Below, one piece after another: positions 26,687 to 45,475 of a stretch of 64,000 bases of DNA. The stretch's first letter is position 1. Every line of letters starts with the position of its first letter. The DNA is from the human T2T-CHM13v2.0 reference genome, Homo sapiens, in assembly GCF_009914755.1 (NCBI RefSeq), contig NC_060926.1. One strand, given 5' to 3'. The position numbers and the translations under genes are program-made. The notes beneath the pieces were generated by a model, which ran no database searches, was not told the origin of the DNA, and was given only the letters and a program-made list of their open reading frames with translations.

Positions 26687-27805
26687 GTGTACAACCTAAT
26701 GATTGTATATATATAGATATAGATATATATGATATTCTTTTCTAATATATGCTATACATTTTTCTCTATGCACTGCTTTCATTGCATCCTAAAACTTGAT
26801 AAGTTGTATTTTCATTTTTCTGTAGTTCAAAATATTATATTTTTAAGTTTCTCTGGACATATTTAACTTGTGTGTTATTTAGAAGTTTGATGAACAGTCT
26901 CCAAATATTTTGTGGAATTTCCAGTTATCTTTCTGTTATTTGATTTCTAGTTTACATTAATTGTGGCCTGAGAACAAATTTTTAAAAATTTCTCTTTTAT
27001 AAATTTGTTGACATGTGTTTTGTGGCCTACAATGTGGTCTATCTTGGGGAATCCTTCACAAAAGCTTGAGAAGAATGTGCATTCTCCTGTTGCTAGATGA
27101 ATTATTCTATAAATCTCAAATACATTAGTAGATCTTCTCAGGTCAACCATATTCTTACTAATTTTCTGCCTACTTTATCTATTAAATACTGAATGTGGGG
27201 CATTGAAGTCTCCAATTCTAATAGTGAATTTATTTCTTCCTTCAGTTGACCAGATTTCACCTCACACATTTTGATGCCATGTTGTCAGGTACATACACAT
27301 TTATGATTGTTATGTCTTCTTTGAGAATTGATCCTTTTATCATTATGTAGTGCCTTGGTTATTCCAGTAAATTTTTCTGGTTCCTGCTTTGTCTGAAATT
27401 GATATAACCATTTCAGCTTTCTTTTGATTAGTGCTAGCCTGATATAGCTATTTCCATTTATTTACTTTTAGCTTATCTCAATCTTTATATTTAAAGTTTG
27501 TTTCTTGTAGACATCATATAGTTTGTTTTCTTTTGTTAAGTCTATTTTGTCAGTCTCTTTCTCTTGGTGCACTGAGATATTAACCATTTAAATTGATTAT
27601 TGATATATTAATACTTAAGTTAACCTACCACATGTGTAATGTTTTTTTATTTATTGCACTTATTCTGTTTTTCTCTTTCCTGTTTTTATATCTTCTCTGG
27701 TTTTAATTTGGCATGTTTTGTTATTTCATTTATGTCTGCTTTTAACATATTATATTTTTAAAATTTTTTCTAGTATCTTGAGAGTTTCCAATATACATTA
27801 TAAAC

Positions 27806-28026
27806 CAAGCTTGCCCAAGCCATGGCCTGTTGGCTGCATACAACCCAGGACAGCTTTGAATGAGGCCCAACCCAAATGTGTAAACTTTCTTAAAACATCA
27901 TGAGATATTTTTGTAATTTTTTTTAGCTCTTCAGCTATCATTGGTGTTATTGTATTTTTTGTGTGGCCAAGACAATTATTCTTCTTCGAATGTGGCCCAG
28001 GGAAGTCAAAAGGTTGGACATCCCTG
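27806..28026 (-). mobile_element. MER30 hAT-Charlie MITE, full length
   Basis: Termini CAAGCTTGCCCAA / TTGGACATCCCTG; 8-bp TSD TTATAAAC/TTTTAAAC. Confidence 0.92.
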
Positions 28027-28786
28027 TTTTAAACTAATCTATGACCACCTTCAAATAACAACGTTATTTTACCTGTAACGTTGCTACCAACAGAATATTT
28101 TCAATTCTTCCCTTTTTTATGACATTCTAATTATTCATCTTATTTATATTCTAGAATTATACAATATATTATTACTGTTATTGCATTTTAATAGTTATTT
28201 TTGGATCAATTAAGTATAAAACAAAATACTTTATTTTACCTTCACTTATTTCTTCTCTGAATTTCTTCCTTTATTTATGTAGATCTGAGATTTTAGCCAA
28301 AGCACTTTTTCTCTGAGAACATCTTCATTTTTCCTTCTGGTATAATTTGCTTGAATATGGAACTCTAGTTTGATGTTTTTGTTTTCTCTTGCAATAATTT
28401 AAATGTTTTGTTAATATTTTATCCTCTTTCTGCTTGTATAATTCATGATGAGAAGTCTGATGTAATGTTTATTCTTTCCCTGTAAAGGTGATACATACCT
28501 CTCTCTGTCCCCACTGGCTATTTTCAGTATTTCCTTCTACCTTTGGTTTCCTGAAGTTTAATATATGTGTAGGTTCAGTTTTTAATTTTGTTTTTTGGGT
28601 TTTTGAGGGGAGGAAATACTTACCATTCTTGGTGTTTTTCTTAGCTTCCTGGATCTGTGACTTGATTTTGGTTATCCATTTTGAAAAGTTTTTAGAAACC
28701 ATTACTTCAAATATTTTTTCTACTCCATTCTTTCTAGCATTGCAATTATGCATGTTACAATTTGGAATTTGTCTCAGAATTCTTGG

Positions 28787-29062
28787 ATGCTCTGTATGGT
28801 TTATTCTTTAAATTATTGTTGTTATTATTATTATTATTATTATTGAATTTCAGTTTGGAAACTTTCTATTCACCTGTCTTTGATTTTCGTAATTTTTTTT
28901 CCTTTGCTATATCTAGTCTACTAATAAATGCTCTGTATGGTTTATTCTTTAAATTATGATTATTATTAGTATTATTATTGAATTTCAGTTTGGAAACTTT
29001 CTATTCACCTGTCTTTGATTTTTGTAATTTTTTTACCTTTGTTATATCTAGTCTACTAATAA
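28787..29062. repeat. 141-bp tandem duplication containing a (TTA)n microsatellite
   Basis: ATGCTCTGTATGGTTTATTCTTTAAATTAT...CTAGTCTACTAATAA at 28787 and 28928. Confidence 0.96.
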
Positions 29063-29221
29063 ATACATCAAAAACATTTTTCATTTTCATAACAGTATTT
29101 TTTTTCAGCATTTCTTTTTGATTCTTACTTTGGGTTTCCATTGCTTTGCTTAAATTACTCTTCTGTTCTTGCAGGTTGTCTCCTTTTTCAATTAGAGCCT
29201 TTTATATATTTTTCATAGCTA

Positions 29222-30011
29222 TGTTACAGCCCAACAAGTTCTACATGCCTGCTGCACAGATAAAGCCAATACACTGAGACAGTAGTGTTGCAGTAAAGAA
29301 AGAGTATACTGCAAGGGAGTCAAGCAGAATGACGGGAGATATTTCTCAAATTCACCTCACCAGGAACTCAGAGGTTGGGTTTTTTAAGGATAATTTGTCT
29401 GGAAGGAAGCTAGGGAATGAGTGCTGCTGTTTCACTGGGGGGTGAAATAATAGAAGTGTCAAAAACATTCTGCTGAGTCATTTTCTGGATGGGAGTCACA
29501 GGGCCAGTTGAGTAAGTTCCTTGGTATGAGTCATAAGTCTGGAGTCAGTCAGTCGTCAGAATGCAAAAGTCTGAAAAATATCCCAAAGATCAATCTTAGG
29601 TTTTACAATATTGATGTTATTTATGGGAGCAATTCGGGGAGTTACAAATCTTGTATACTCCAGCTACCTGACTCCTGAGGAGTAAGAGATTATAGAAAAG
29701 CAAGATAGAAAACAATGGCAGGTTATAACTTAACTATGCCTATATTTTAGCAGAATTCATGCCTCTCCCTTAATCTTATCCTGATGATATTTTATTGGTC
29801 TACAAAAGCAGTTTCAACCTCTGGAGGGAGTAAGTTTTGGTAAGGGATTATAATTATCTTTGCTTTGAAGCTAAACTGTAAACTATATTACTCCAATAGT
29901 TCACTTGGCCTATGTTCAGGAATGAGCAAAGGCAGCTTGTGAGGTTAGAAGCAAGATGGAGCCAGTTATGGTAAATTTCTCACTGTTATATTTTTGGCGA
30001 AGGCAGTTTCA
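29222..30011 (-). mobile_element. LTR8 (A/B-like) ERV1 solo LTR
   Basis: Minus strand TGAAACTGCCTTCGCCAAAA...CTCCATCTTGCTTCTAACCTC...TGTAACA; TSD GCTA/GTTA. Confidence 0.88.
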
Positions 30012-30146
30012 GTTATTTTAAATTTTTCATCTGATAATTTCAACATTGATATCACACCTCTGTCTGGTTCTGATGCTTCCTTTGTCTCTTCAGGCTATGT
30101 ATTTCTTGCCTTTTAGCATGCCTTCTAATTTTTTGTTGAAAGCCAA

Positions 30147-30514
30147 TGTATTAATCCATTTTCACGCTGTTATAAAGATACTATCTGACTAGGTAATTCA
30201 TAAAGGACAGAGGTTTAATTGACTCACCATTCTGCATGGCTTAGAAGGCCTCAGGAAACTTACAGTCATGGTGGAAGGTGAAGGGGAAGCAAGGTACGTC
30301 TTGCAAGGCAGCAGGAGAGAGAGAGAGCTCCCACTTTCTTTTTAAACGACTTTTAAAGCAGCAGATCTGGTGAGAACTTCCTCACCATTATGAGAACAGC
30401 ATGGAGGAAACTGCCCCCATGATCCAATCACCTCCCACCAAGTTCCTCCCTCGACACATGGGCATTAAAACTCCCGATGAGATTTGGGTGGGGGCACAGA
30501 GCCAAACCATGTCA
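30147..30514 (-). mobile_element. THE1D/MSTA MaLR solo LTR
   Basis: TGTATTAATCCATTTTCAC...GGCCTCAGGAAACTTACA...GAGCCAAACCATGTCA. Confidence 0.92.
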
Positions 30515-31446
30515 GTCAGTCATGGTTTTTTTTGTATTTTTGTTTTTTTTTTTGTTAGCTAAGAAGACTTCAATGAGAGGTTTTTATGTTACTCTTGCTA
30601 TTGCTAGGACTTGGAGTATAATTATTGTTTAAAGTAGCTTAGGTGCAAGAGGCTTCAAATTCCTTTAGTGTCTTTGTTTGTGTCTATCTTCTAGACTCTG
30701 GGCTATTTTAAGTTCTCCTCCTCAGAAAAATTCTTTGTCTTGCTGCTCTTTTACCTATAGTCTATTGTTTTTATGCTGGAGCCACGCTGGTGTTGTGACA
30801 GGGTGTAAGGGAAGGGAGGCCTTCTTTACAGTTACAATTAAATCTCAAACATTTACTGGGTCTGTTTCCCTAGGCCATGATCTTCACAATTATTTCTCTA
30901 CTAAGATAGCATTTCTCCTTTTTCTTTCTCCCACTGAATAAGACAAGAAGACTAAAGCCTAGATGGTACTAAATTGGGAATAATGTCCTTCCCCATGTGA
31001 GATAAGGCTCCAGTAAATTCTTTTCCCTTATAGTCTTTTGTTATGAAAAATTTTCTCAGTATATTTTACAAGAGTTACTATACCCCTCCCTCTGCCAGAG
31101 TCACAGAGGGAGGGGGAAAGTTCTTAGCTCCTCACCATAAGAATCTGATGAGGTTACTGGAAATAAAATCCACAAGGTTCCTAGGCACCTCCTCAGACTG
31201 TCGCCCATAGGAGTGTTTAATCTCAAACTGGTCCACTCTCAGCCTCCAGCAATTCACCAAAATTACCATTTAAAACTTTCTGCTAGTTTATGGCTTTAGT
31301 GGCTTCATTACAGGTAGGTGGATCTGAATGCTCTTGATTTACTAATCTGTCTAATTTTGCAGTACACTAAAGTGTTCAGGAAAAGTTAGATTCTGGGGGC
31401 TTTTTTTTTTCTTTTGGTAAAGATGGCGGTGTGGCAACTTCCAATC

Positions 31447-31868
31447 TGTGATGGTTATTTTTATGTGTCAACTTGACTGGGCCACTGGATACCCAGAGTG
31501 CTGGATAAACGTCATTTCTGGGTGTGCCTGTGAGGTTGTTTCTGGATGAGATTAAAATTTAAATTAGTCGACCTAGTAAAACAGATGGCCCTCCCCAACC
31601 TGGGTGAGCATTACTCAAACCACTGAGAGCTGGACTGGAACCAAAAGGCAGAGGAAGGTTGAATTCATGTTCTTCCTGGCTGTTTGAGTCAGCACATCAA
31701 TCTCCTCCTGCCTTCAGTGCTCCTTGTTGTCATGCCTTCAGGCTTGAACTGGAATTTATATCATTGGCTTTATGGCCTACCAGGCCAGGCAGGTATCCAG
31801 CTTGCAGAGAGCAGATCATGGAACTTCTTAGCCTCTATAATCACAAAAGCAAATTTTTTAGGATAAAT

Positions 31869-31907
<39 letters not shown>

Positions 31908-31951
31908 ACACACACAGATGCTATTGCTTCTCCAGAGAACCCTCAGATACA
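31447..31951 (+). mobile_element. MLT2B-like ERVL LTR with internal (CA)n at ~31872-31916
   Basis: TGTGATGGTTATTTTTATGTGTCAACTTGACTGGGCCA...GAGAACCCTCAGATACA. Confidence 0.9.
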
Positions 31952-32049
31952 AGTTCTATATATGGGTCAGAAGTTGCCTATATCTAAAGTTTTAGTATAC
32001 AGAAAACATAAATTCTGAAAAAGATTCACTGAGAGTAACTGCTGTGAGA

Positions 32050-34290
<2,241 letters not shown>

Positions 34291-36374
34291 GATCTTTAGC
34301 AGTCATTCCTAAGTTAAAAAGATTATTAGGTTATTATTTTTTATAATGTACATGATATAAACACTTCCCAGCTAATAGAAAATTTGTAGAATATGGTAGA
34401 GTTGCTGACATATTTTTGTAACTCTGAAAAAACACTACAATTGAAAGAAATATCCATTTTAAAAAATGTAATAAATACGCAAAATAAATTTACAATTGAT
34501 CTGTCATAATTACTACCAATGTAGGTACAACTTTGTACAAAATAAGTAAAAAGTAAAATTGGGGAAAAATCACTATCTACAAATTAACAGATAATTTTAA
34601 TATCCCATATGAGTACAAATGAAGTGTATGCTTCATTAATATTATTTTGACAGTTTCTATCATTGAGCATCATAATATTCTTTTTCCAAATGAAAACTAA
34701 TTAAAAACTATTTAATGAGATATATGCAACAATATAATTTAACAGGATTACAACTATTCAACATAGAAATTTAAGCAGCTACCGAAAGAGAAGCAACAAC
34801 ATGTATTCTAATTACAATAATGCAAATCACCACAAACGTTATTCTAAGCTTGTTTTTAGCTTAATCATATGTGTTGGCAGAATATTATCTTTATTAGCTA
34901 GTTATGTTTGTCTTTAGACTAAGCTTCAAGTTTCTTGATAAAATATTGCTTGTTAAAATAACTTTACTTACTTTTTAGTGGTTATGTCATTTTTTCCTGT
35001 ATGAGAAAACAAAGTCTTAATTTTTTCCAAGGTTAACTATAGGAACAACGTTGTACAGCATATTTCTAGAAATCATCTTGCATAGTTGAAATGTTATACC
35101 TGTTGGCCAGCCACTCTCCATTACCTTTTTCTTCAGCCCCTGAAAACCATCAATCTACTCTGTTTCTGAGTTTGACTATTTTAGATACCTCAAGTAAGTG
35201 GAATTATGTAGTATTTGCTCTTGTGTTTATTTCACTTAGCATAATATCTTCCAGATTCGCTCATGTTGTTGCAAATGTCAGGATTTCCCCCTTTTTTAAG
35301 TCTGAATAATATTTCATTGTATGTACATGCCACACTTTCTTTATGCATTCATCTATTAATGGACAATTAGGTTGTTTCCAAATCTTGGCTATTGTGAATA
35401 GTCCTGCAATGAGCATAGGAGTGCAGATAACTTCAAGATCCTGATTTCAATTATTTTGGAAATATACATAAAAGTGGGCTTGTTGGGTCATATGGTAGTT
35501 CTATTTTTAAATTTTTTGAGGAAAGTTCATACCATTTTCCATAATGGCTGCACCAATTTATATTTCCATCAACAGTATACAAATGTTCTCTTTTTTTCCC
35601 ACTTTCACTAACACTTGTTATATTTCCTCTCTCAACTCTCTGTCTCTCTCTCTCTCTTTCTCCTTAAAAATAGTCTTTCCAAGAGGTGGAGGTGATATTT
35701 CATTGTGATTTTGATTTGTATTTCTGTGACAATTAGCAATGTTGAACATTTTTTTTCATATACTTGCTGGGCATTTGTATGTCTTCTTTGGAAGAAGAAA
35801 ATGTCTAATTAGATTCTTTGCCCATTTTTAGTTGGATTGTTTGGTTTTGTTTGTCTTTTAGTGGTATGAGTTCCTTACATATGTTGAATATTAACCTTTT
35901 ATCAGATATCTGGTTTGCCAATATTTTCTCCTATTCTGTTCATTGTCTCTTCACTCTGTTGATTGTTTTCTTTGCTGTGCAGAAGCCTTTTAGTTTGCTG
36001 TAGTCCCATTTATGTAATATTGCTTTTGTTCATTGTGCTTTTGGTGTCATATCTAAGAAATTATTAGCAAGCCCAATGCCATGAGACTTTTCCCATACGT
36101 TTCTTCTAGGAGTTCTACAGTTTCAGGTCTTATGTTAAAATCTTCAACCCATTTTAAGTTGACTTTTCTCTGTGGTGTAAAATAAAGTTGCAATTTCATT
36201 CTCTTGCATGTGGAAATTTAATTTCTCAACCATACTTGTTGAAGAGACTGTCATTTTCTCATTGTGTATTCTTGGCACCCTTGTCAAATACCTTAACCAT
36301 CTATGTTTGAGTTTATTTTTGGGATCCCTACTCTGTTCCATGGTTTGTAAGTCTGTTTTAATGTTAGTCTCATA

Positions 36375-36684
<310 letters not shown>

Positions 36685-38189
36685 ATACTGTTTTAATTAC
36701 TATAGCTTTGCAATATCTTTGAAAACAATAACTATGATGTCTCCAGCTTTGTTCTTTTTCAAAATTTCATTGGCTATTTAGAGGCTTTTGTGGTTCCATA
36801 TACATTTTAACATTTTTTTCTATTTCTTAAAAAAAAAAACAACCTACCATTGAGTTGTTGATATGCCTCACTTATGGTTTGTAGATATCTTTAAGTAGGA
36901 TGGACATTTTAACACCAGCATGTATTCCAATCTATGAGCATAAAATATTTTCACTTATTTGTGTCTTAATTTCTTTATTTGACAATTTGTAGTTTTTAAT
37001 AAATGAGTCTTTTACTTCCTTTGTTGAGTTTATTCCCAGTATTTTATTATTTTTGATGCTATTACAGATGGTATTGTTTTTTAAATTACTCTTTGGATAG
37101 TTTCGTTAGAGTGTAGAAATGCAACTCCTTTTTATGGTTAATATTTTATCATGTAATTTCACTGTATTCATTTTTAGATTTATTTTACACATAGTCTTTG
37201 GGATTTTCTACATATAAGATTGTGTCATCTGTAAACAAAGGTAATTTTACTTCTTCCATTCTAATTTGCATGCCTTTTTAAAATGCCTAATTCCTCTGGC
37301 TAGGACTTCAATACTATATTAAATAAAAGTGGCAAGAATGGGCTTCTTTGTTCTAATTCTTAGAGCAAAAGCTCTTTCTCTCTGTTTTTTAAACTATAGA
37401 GCATGATATTAGCTATGTCTTTTCATAGATGGCCATTATGGTGTTGAGGTATATTCTTTATGTATCTAGTTTGCTGAAAGGTTTTTCTGTTTTGCTGTGT
37501 TTTTTTTCTTCCATATTAAATTATAAAAGGGTGTTGAATTATATCAAATGCTTTTCCTGCATTTATTGAGATAATAATGTAATATTTATCCTTCAGTTTA
37601 TTAGTGTGGTGTATCACATTAATTGATTTTTGCATGTTGAAACTTGCATCCTAAAAATAAATCCCACCTGCTCATGGTGTATGATCCTTTTAATATGCTG
37701 TTGGATTCAGTTTGCTAGTATTTTGTTGAAGATTTTTGCATCTATGTTTATCAGGTTTATTTCCCTGTAGTATTCTTTTCTTGTAGTGTCTTTGTCTGGC
37801 TTGGTTTTAGGGTAATTCTGGCCTCATAAAATGAGCTCAGAAGTATTTCCTCTTCTCCATTTTTGAAGTATTCAGAAAGAATTGGTCCTAAGTTTTCTTT
37901 AAATGTTTGTTAGAATTCATCAGTGAAGCCATTTGGGCCAGGGCTTTTCTTCACTGGGAGGTTTTTTTATTACTGATTCAAACTACTTATTTCTTATTGG
38001 TTGATTCAGGTTTCTATTGCTTCAAGATTCAGTCTTGATAGGTTGTATATTTTTATGAATTTAAAAATTTCTTCTAGGTTATCCAATTTGTTGGTATATG
38101 ATAATTCATAATAGTCTCTTGTAATCCCTTTTATTTCATGGCACCAGTTGTAATGTCTTTGTCATTTATGATTTTATTTATTTGAGTTT

Positions 38190-38960
38190 TATCTTAGTCT
38201 GTTTTGTGTTGCTATAATAGCATACCAGAGACTGGATAATTTATAAAGAAAATGAATGTATTTCGTACAGTTCTGTAGCTGAGAAATCCAAGGTTGAAGG
38301 GCTTGAACCTGGTGAGGGCCTTCTTGCTGCATTGTATTGTTGTGGAAAACAGAAAGGTAAGAGAGCACACAAGAGAGCAAGAGGGATGGAGTCAAACTCA
38401 TCCTGTGTAAGGGTACCACTCCTGCAATAACTAACCCACTCCCATGGTAACAGCACTAATTCATTCATGAGGGTAAGGCCCTCATGGCCTAATCACCTCT
38501 TCAAGATCTTACCTCTTGACACGGTTTGGTTGTGTCCCCATCCAACTCTCATCTTCAATTGTAACTCTCACAAGTCCAACATGTCATGGGAGGGACCCAG
38601 TGGGAGCTAACTGAATTGTGGGGGTGGGTCTTTCTGGTGCTTTTCTCTTGATAGTGAATAAGTCTCACAAGATCTGAAGGTTTTATAAAGAGGAGTTTCC
38701 CTGCACAAGCTCTCTCTTTGCCTGCTGCCATCCATGTAGTAAGTGACTTGCTCCTCCTTGCCTTCCGCCATGATTGTGAGGCCCCGCAGCCACATGGAAT
38801 TGTAAGTCCATTAAACCCCTCTTTCTTTTGTAAATCGTCCATTCTTGAGTATGTCTTTATTAGAAGTGTGAAAATGGACTAATACACTTCTCAATACTGT
38901 TGCATTGGTGATTAAGTTTCCAACACATGAACCCTCAGAGAAACATTTATATAATAGCCA
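38190..38960 (-). mobile_element. MSTB/MSTC-like MaLR LTR split by THE1
   Basis: TCTTAGTCTGTTTTGTGTTGCTATAA...GGTGAGGGCCTTCTTGCTGC...AAGTTTCCAACACATGAA. Confidence 0.85.
38517..38886 (+). mobile_element. THE1A/B MaLR solo LTR
   Basis: GGAGTTTCCCTGCACAAGCTCTC..., AATGGACTAATACA end; TSD CCTCT/CTTCT. Confidence 0.93.
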
Positions 38961-41900
38961 GTCTACTCTCTTATTTTTAGTCTAGCTAAGAGTGTATCAA
39001 TTTTGTTGACTGTTTCAGAAAACCAATTCTTAATTTTGTTGATTTATTTTGTCTTTTTTCTATATTGTATTTTGTTTATTTTTGCTCCAATTACTATTAT
39101 TTTCTTCTTTCTACTTTGGCCTTAGTTTATTCTTCTTTTTCTAGTTACTTGAAGTATAAAATCAGGTTGTTCATTTAAAATCTTCCTTTTTTAATAGAGG
39201 TGTTTATTGCTATAAACTTTCTGCTTACCAATGTTTTTGCTGCATGGCATAAGTTTTGGTATGCTGTGTTTTTGTTTCTGGTTGTCTTGAATGATTTCCT
39301 AATTTCCTTTTTTATTTTTTTACTTGACTCACTGGGTATTTAGTAGTGTTTTTAAATTTGCATATGTTGTAACTTTTCCTGTTTTCCATCTGTTCTTAAT
39401 TTCTAGTTTCATTCATTTGGTAAGAAAAGATATTTGATATAATATCAATCTTTTTCAAATTGTTAAGACTTGTTTTGTGACCTAACCTGTGATCTATCCT
39501 GAAGAATGTTTCATGTACACTTGTGAAGAAGTTTTATTCCAGTGCCGTTGGGTGGAATGTTCTCTATATCTCTGTTGGGTCCCTTTGATCGACAGTTTTG
39601 TTCAAGTCTGATGTTTCCTTATTAATTTTTTGTCAGGATTTTCTGTCCTTTGGTGAAATCTATTACTGCTATCATATTGCTAGCTATTTCTCCCTTCAGA
39701 CCTGCCAATGTTTGGTTTACATATGTAGGTGCTCTGATGTTGGGAATATATGTATTCATAGTTTTCATATTTTCCTGCTGAATTGTATCTTCATCATTAC
39801 ATAATTAATGACCTTCTTTCTCTCTTGTGAAAGTTTTTTACTTAAAGTCCATTTTTTCTAATATAAATATAGTCACTCCTATTCTCTTTGGTTTTTAAAG
39901 TTATTCTGCTAGTCTAAGTGTTTTTGTTTGGGAAATCTACTCCATGTACATTTAAAGTAATTATTTATAGGTAATGACTTACTATTTCCATTTTGTCAAT
40001 TATTTTCTGTTTTGTAGTTTAGACATAAACTATGTCTAAACTATGTAGCTTAGATCATAGTAGCAGGTCTAGTGGTGGTGAACTCCCTCAGCTTTTGTTT
40101 GCCTGGGTAAGTCTTTATCTTTCTTTTATTTATGAAGGACAACATTTTCAGGTATAGAATTTATGGTTGCTATTTTTTTTTCTTTTAGCACTTTGAGTGT
40201 ATCATTTCACTTCCTTCTTTTGTAAATATACATATTGTTGAGTGCTGAGAAATCCACTCATAGTCTTATGGAGACTCCTTTGTACATAGTAAGTCACTTT
40301 TGTCTTGTTTTTAAAACTCTCTGGTTTTTGACAATTTGATTTTAATGTGTTATGGTGTAAACTTCCTAGATTTCTTTCTTTTTGAGGTCTTTTAAGTTTT
40401 ATGGAAATGAATGACTATTTTTTTTTCCAGATTTGGGAAGTTTTTAACCATTATTTCTTCATATAAGCTTTCTTTCACTTTCCCTTTTTCCCCCTAAGGC
40501 ATCTCTTATTTTTTATAATTGATGGTGTCTCACAATTCTCTTAAACTTTCTTCAGTCTATCTTTTTTTTTCTTTTTCCTCCTCTGATGATATTTTCAAAT
40601 AATCTGTCTTCAAGTTCACTGATTCTTTTTTCTGCTTAATCAAGTTTGAAGTTAAATTCCTCCAGTAATGTTTTAGTTTAGTTATATCCTTCAGCTCGAA
40701 AATTCCTGTTTGGTTCTTCTTTATTATTTCTATTTCTTTGTTAGTATTAGTTGTTTTATTCATGTATTATTTTCTTGATTTTATTTACTTGTCTTTCTGT
40801 GTTCTCTTATAATTCACTGAGTTTCTTTAAGACTTTTAAAAAATTATTTGTCAGGTAATTCATGTTCTTCATTTCTTTTGGGTCATTTAATGAAAATATA
40901 TTTTGTACTTTTTATTGTATTTTGATTTTCTCATTCTTGTTCCTTATAGCCTTGTTTTGGTAATTGAGCCTTTGCAGAAATAGCCTCCTTTCTAGTCTTT
41001 AAGAACTAATTTTGACTGGGAAAAACCTTCATCTGTCAACATGGCTACAGATGCTGGGCCTTTATTCCTAGCCACCCCAGGCATTCAGTTCCCTGTTCCC
41101 CATCCGCACAAGAGTCTGTAATGTTATGCTGTCTTTAGTGTCTAGCTATGTTTGTTCCATCAGCACTCCATGTCAGGTAAGATAAAAACCAGCCCTTTGA
41201 CAATGCACTGAAACTCCTGAGATACTGGGAGCATACTCTGCCTATCACCTCCCTGCTGGGAAAGAAGCCTCAGTTATGCATCTTTGTCCTATCTTACAGA
41301 CCCATACTGGCTGCAGCTATGCCAGGCATTCAAACTCTGCTGGTTTTTTCAGTTCTCTGTATGAGTCAGGGCAGAAGCCAGCCCCTCATATAGTACAGTG
41401 AAAGGCCATAGACATTGGACATTTGCCCCACTTCCTCTTCCCCTGTACCCTACAGAAGTTGCAATTTCTCTTGGGGATGGGCTGTCAAAACTTGGGGAAA
41501 GAATTGATGCAAGCAAAGTGAAACTGCTCTTCTTGCCTTTATCAGTGCAGTTTATCATCTCAATTTTATAGTCATCTGGGGTATTATAACTTTTTAACAG
41601 GAGTCTGCACATCTCATAAATATTTTGTTGCTAATATTGTTGCTAAATCTGTCTTTTTGTAGGGGAAAGATTGCTGGGACATTTCATTATACCATATGGG
41701 TAATATGGCTCTGAGATTGTTTATTCTAAGTTCAGTTTTCTATAGAGTTTTAATCATGCTCAAAATAATTTGGAGATATTCTTTTACCTTCAAAACAATG
41801 ACCTTTTTTCCCCTAATCATTCTTAGTATATAAAAAAGGGTTTTTTTTTATAGACTCTACTATATCTACACTTCTTTCAAATTGAAAAGTAGTATGATAT

Positions 41901-42254
41901 ACTGGAAAACTGTCTCTAATGTTATAATATATATTTTTAAACATTCATTTAAAACCTACTGTGTACTGAGCAGTTTCCTACTTAACATCGCTAGTAGTAT
42001 CCCATTCCATTGTCATAAAAATTTGTAATGGAAGTATTGTTATCTCTATCTGGAAATTGAAATTTCCTGAAGACAGATACACAGATTTCATATCCCATCT
42101 ATATATTTCTAGTTTTTTTTAAATAGATAAGGACATGTTTTATAAAGTATTATAATCAGGGCAAGTGTTCCAACATCTTATGAAAGAAATCTGTTTGTGT
42201 CATGTGTGATATAAGCAGTAATGCCTGGCTATACACATGACAGCATTTCACCCT

Positions 42255-42670
42255 GACTTAGAGAGAGTTCCCTAGAATCAGAGCTTGAAATTGGGGTTGT
42301 TACACAATGATTTACTGGAAGAATGCTTTTTAGGAATAACCTATAAAATAAGTGAAGAAAGTAGGATAAAACAAGGGAGAAACTAAGCATGGATGTGGGA
42401 TTAGGTTGTGCTTACCCTCAGCAAGATTCATGGGAGCTCTGGAGCCTAAGGAACAACATAATGTTGTCCTGCCTTGTGACAAGGAGGCTGGACATTTATT
42501 CTCTTCTTTTGGTCACTCTCAGATATCTTGGGACAGGAAAATTCATAAATTAAGACAGTTACTCGAAGAAGAGTGTAACTCTTTGCCTTTGTTATCCAAC
42601 ACAATAGTTAGGGATGTGTAAAGTGGCTCCACAATGGGAATTGTAATGGATTCCCATAGCGGAGCCACTC
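42255..42670 (-). mobile_element. LTR33/LTR16-like ERVL LTR
   Basis: GTTCCCTAGAATCAGAGCTTGA...TGATTTACTGGAAG resembles an antisense ERVL LTR end. Confidence 0.5.
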
Positions 42671-43369
42671 TACCCATCCCTAACTATTGTGGATGGTCAC
42701 CAAAAGTGCTCAATATTAACTTGAACAACAAAGTATTAGCAGGTTGCAGAAAGCTCATGGAAGCACTACTGAAGAGTGAAAGATGGCAATTTGTCAACAG
42801 GATTGCTATATTATGGATTAAGCAGTAGGTAAACCTGTCTATACAATTCCACATTCAGAACACAGGAATACCACAATAATGGAAACCAATTGCAAATTAA
42901 AATAATGTACTTTTCAATTAACAAAGTTTAGTCACATTTATTTTGAAAAAATACCATGAACCTATCATAATTGAGGAGAGTCAAAAGAGAGGAAGATTGT
43001 GAACACTGTCTATAAAAATGTAGACAAGCCAGACAGAATAGAAAACTTGGTTGGCTTGCTCGCTGCTCCTTGTGCTGCTTTCTGTAGTTCATTGAAAGGC
43101 CATCATCTCTTGGAATCAGTTATGTGTTATATTCTCCCATAGCAATTCTTTTGTTCAATTTATTACTAAATTATTTTATTTCTTACTAAATAATCAGTTG
43201 TATGTTAAATTACTCCCATGTTAATTATTTTGTTTATTTATATTCCACACCTTTCTGCTCATTCCAATGGAGCAGTTCAACTGTTTATGGGCAATGCCTT
43301 TCAGTGTTCTGTCAGGAAAACATAAACCACTGTGTTTAGAGAAAATTGAAATAAGAAATTGGTTAGGAA

Positions 43370-45475
<2,106 letters not shown>

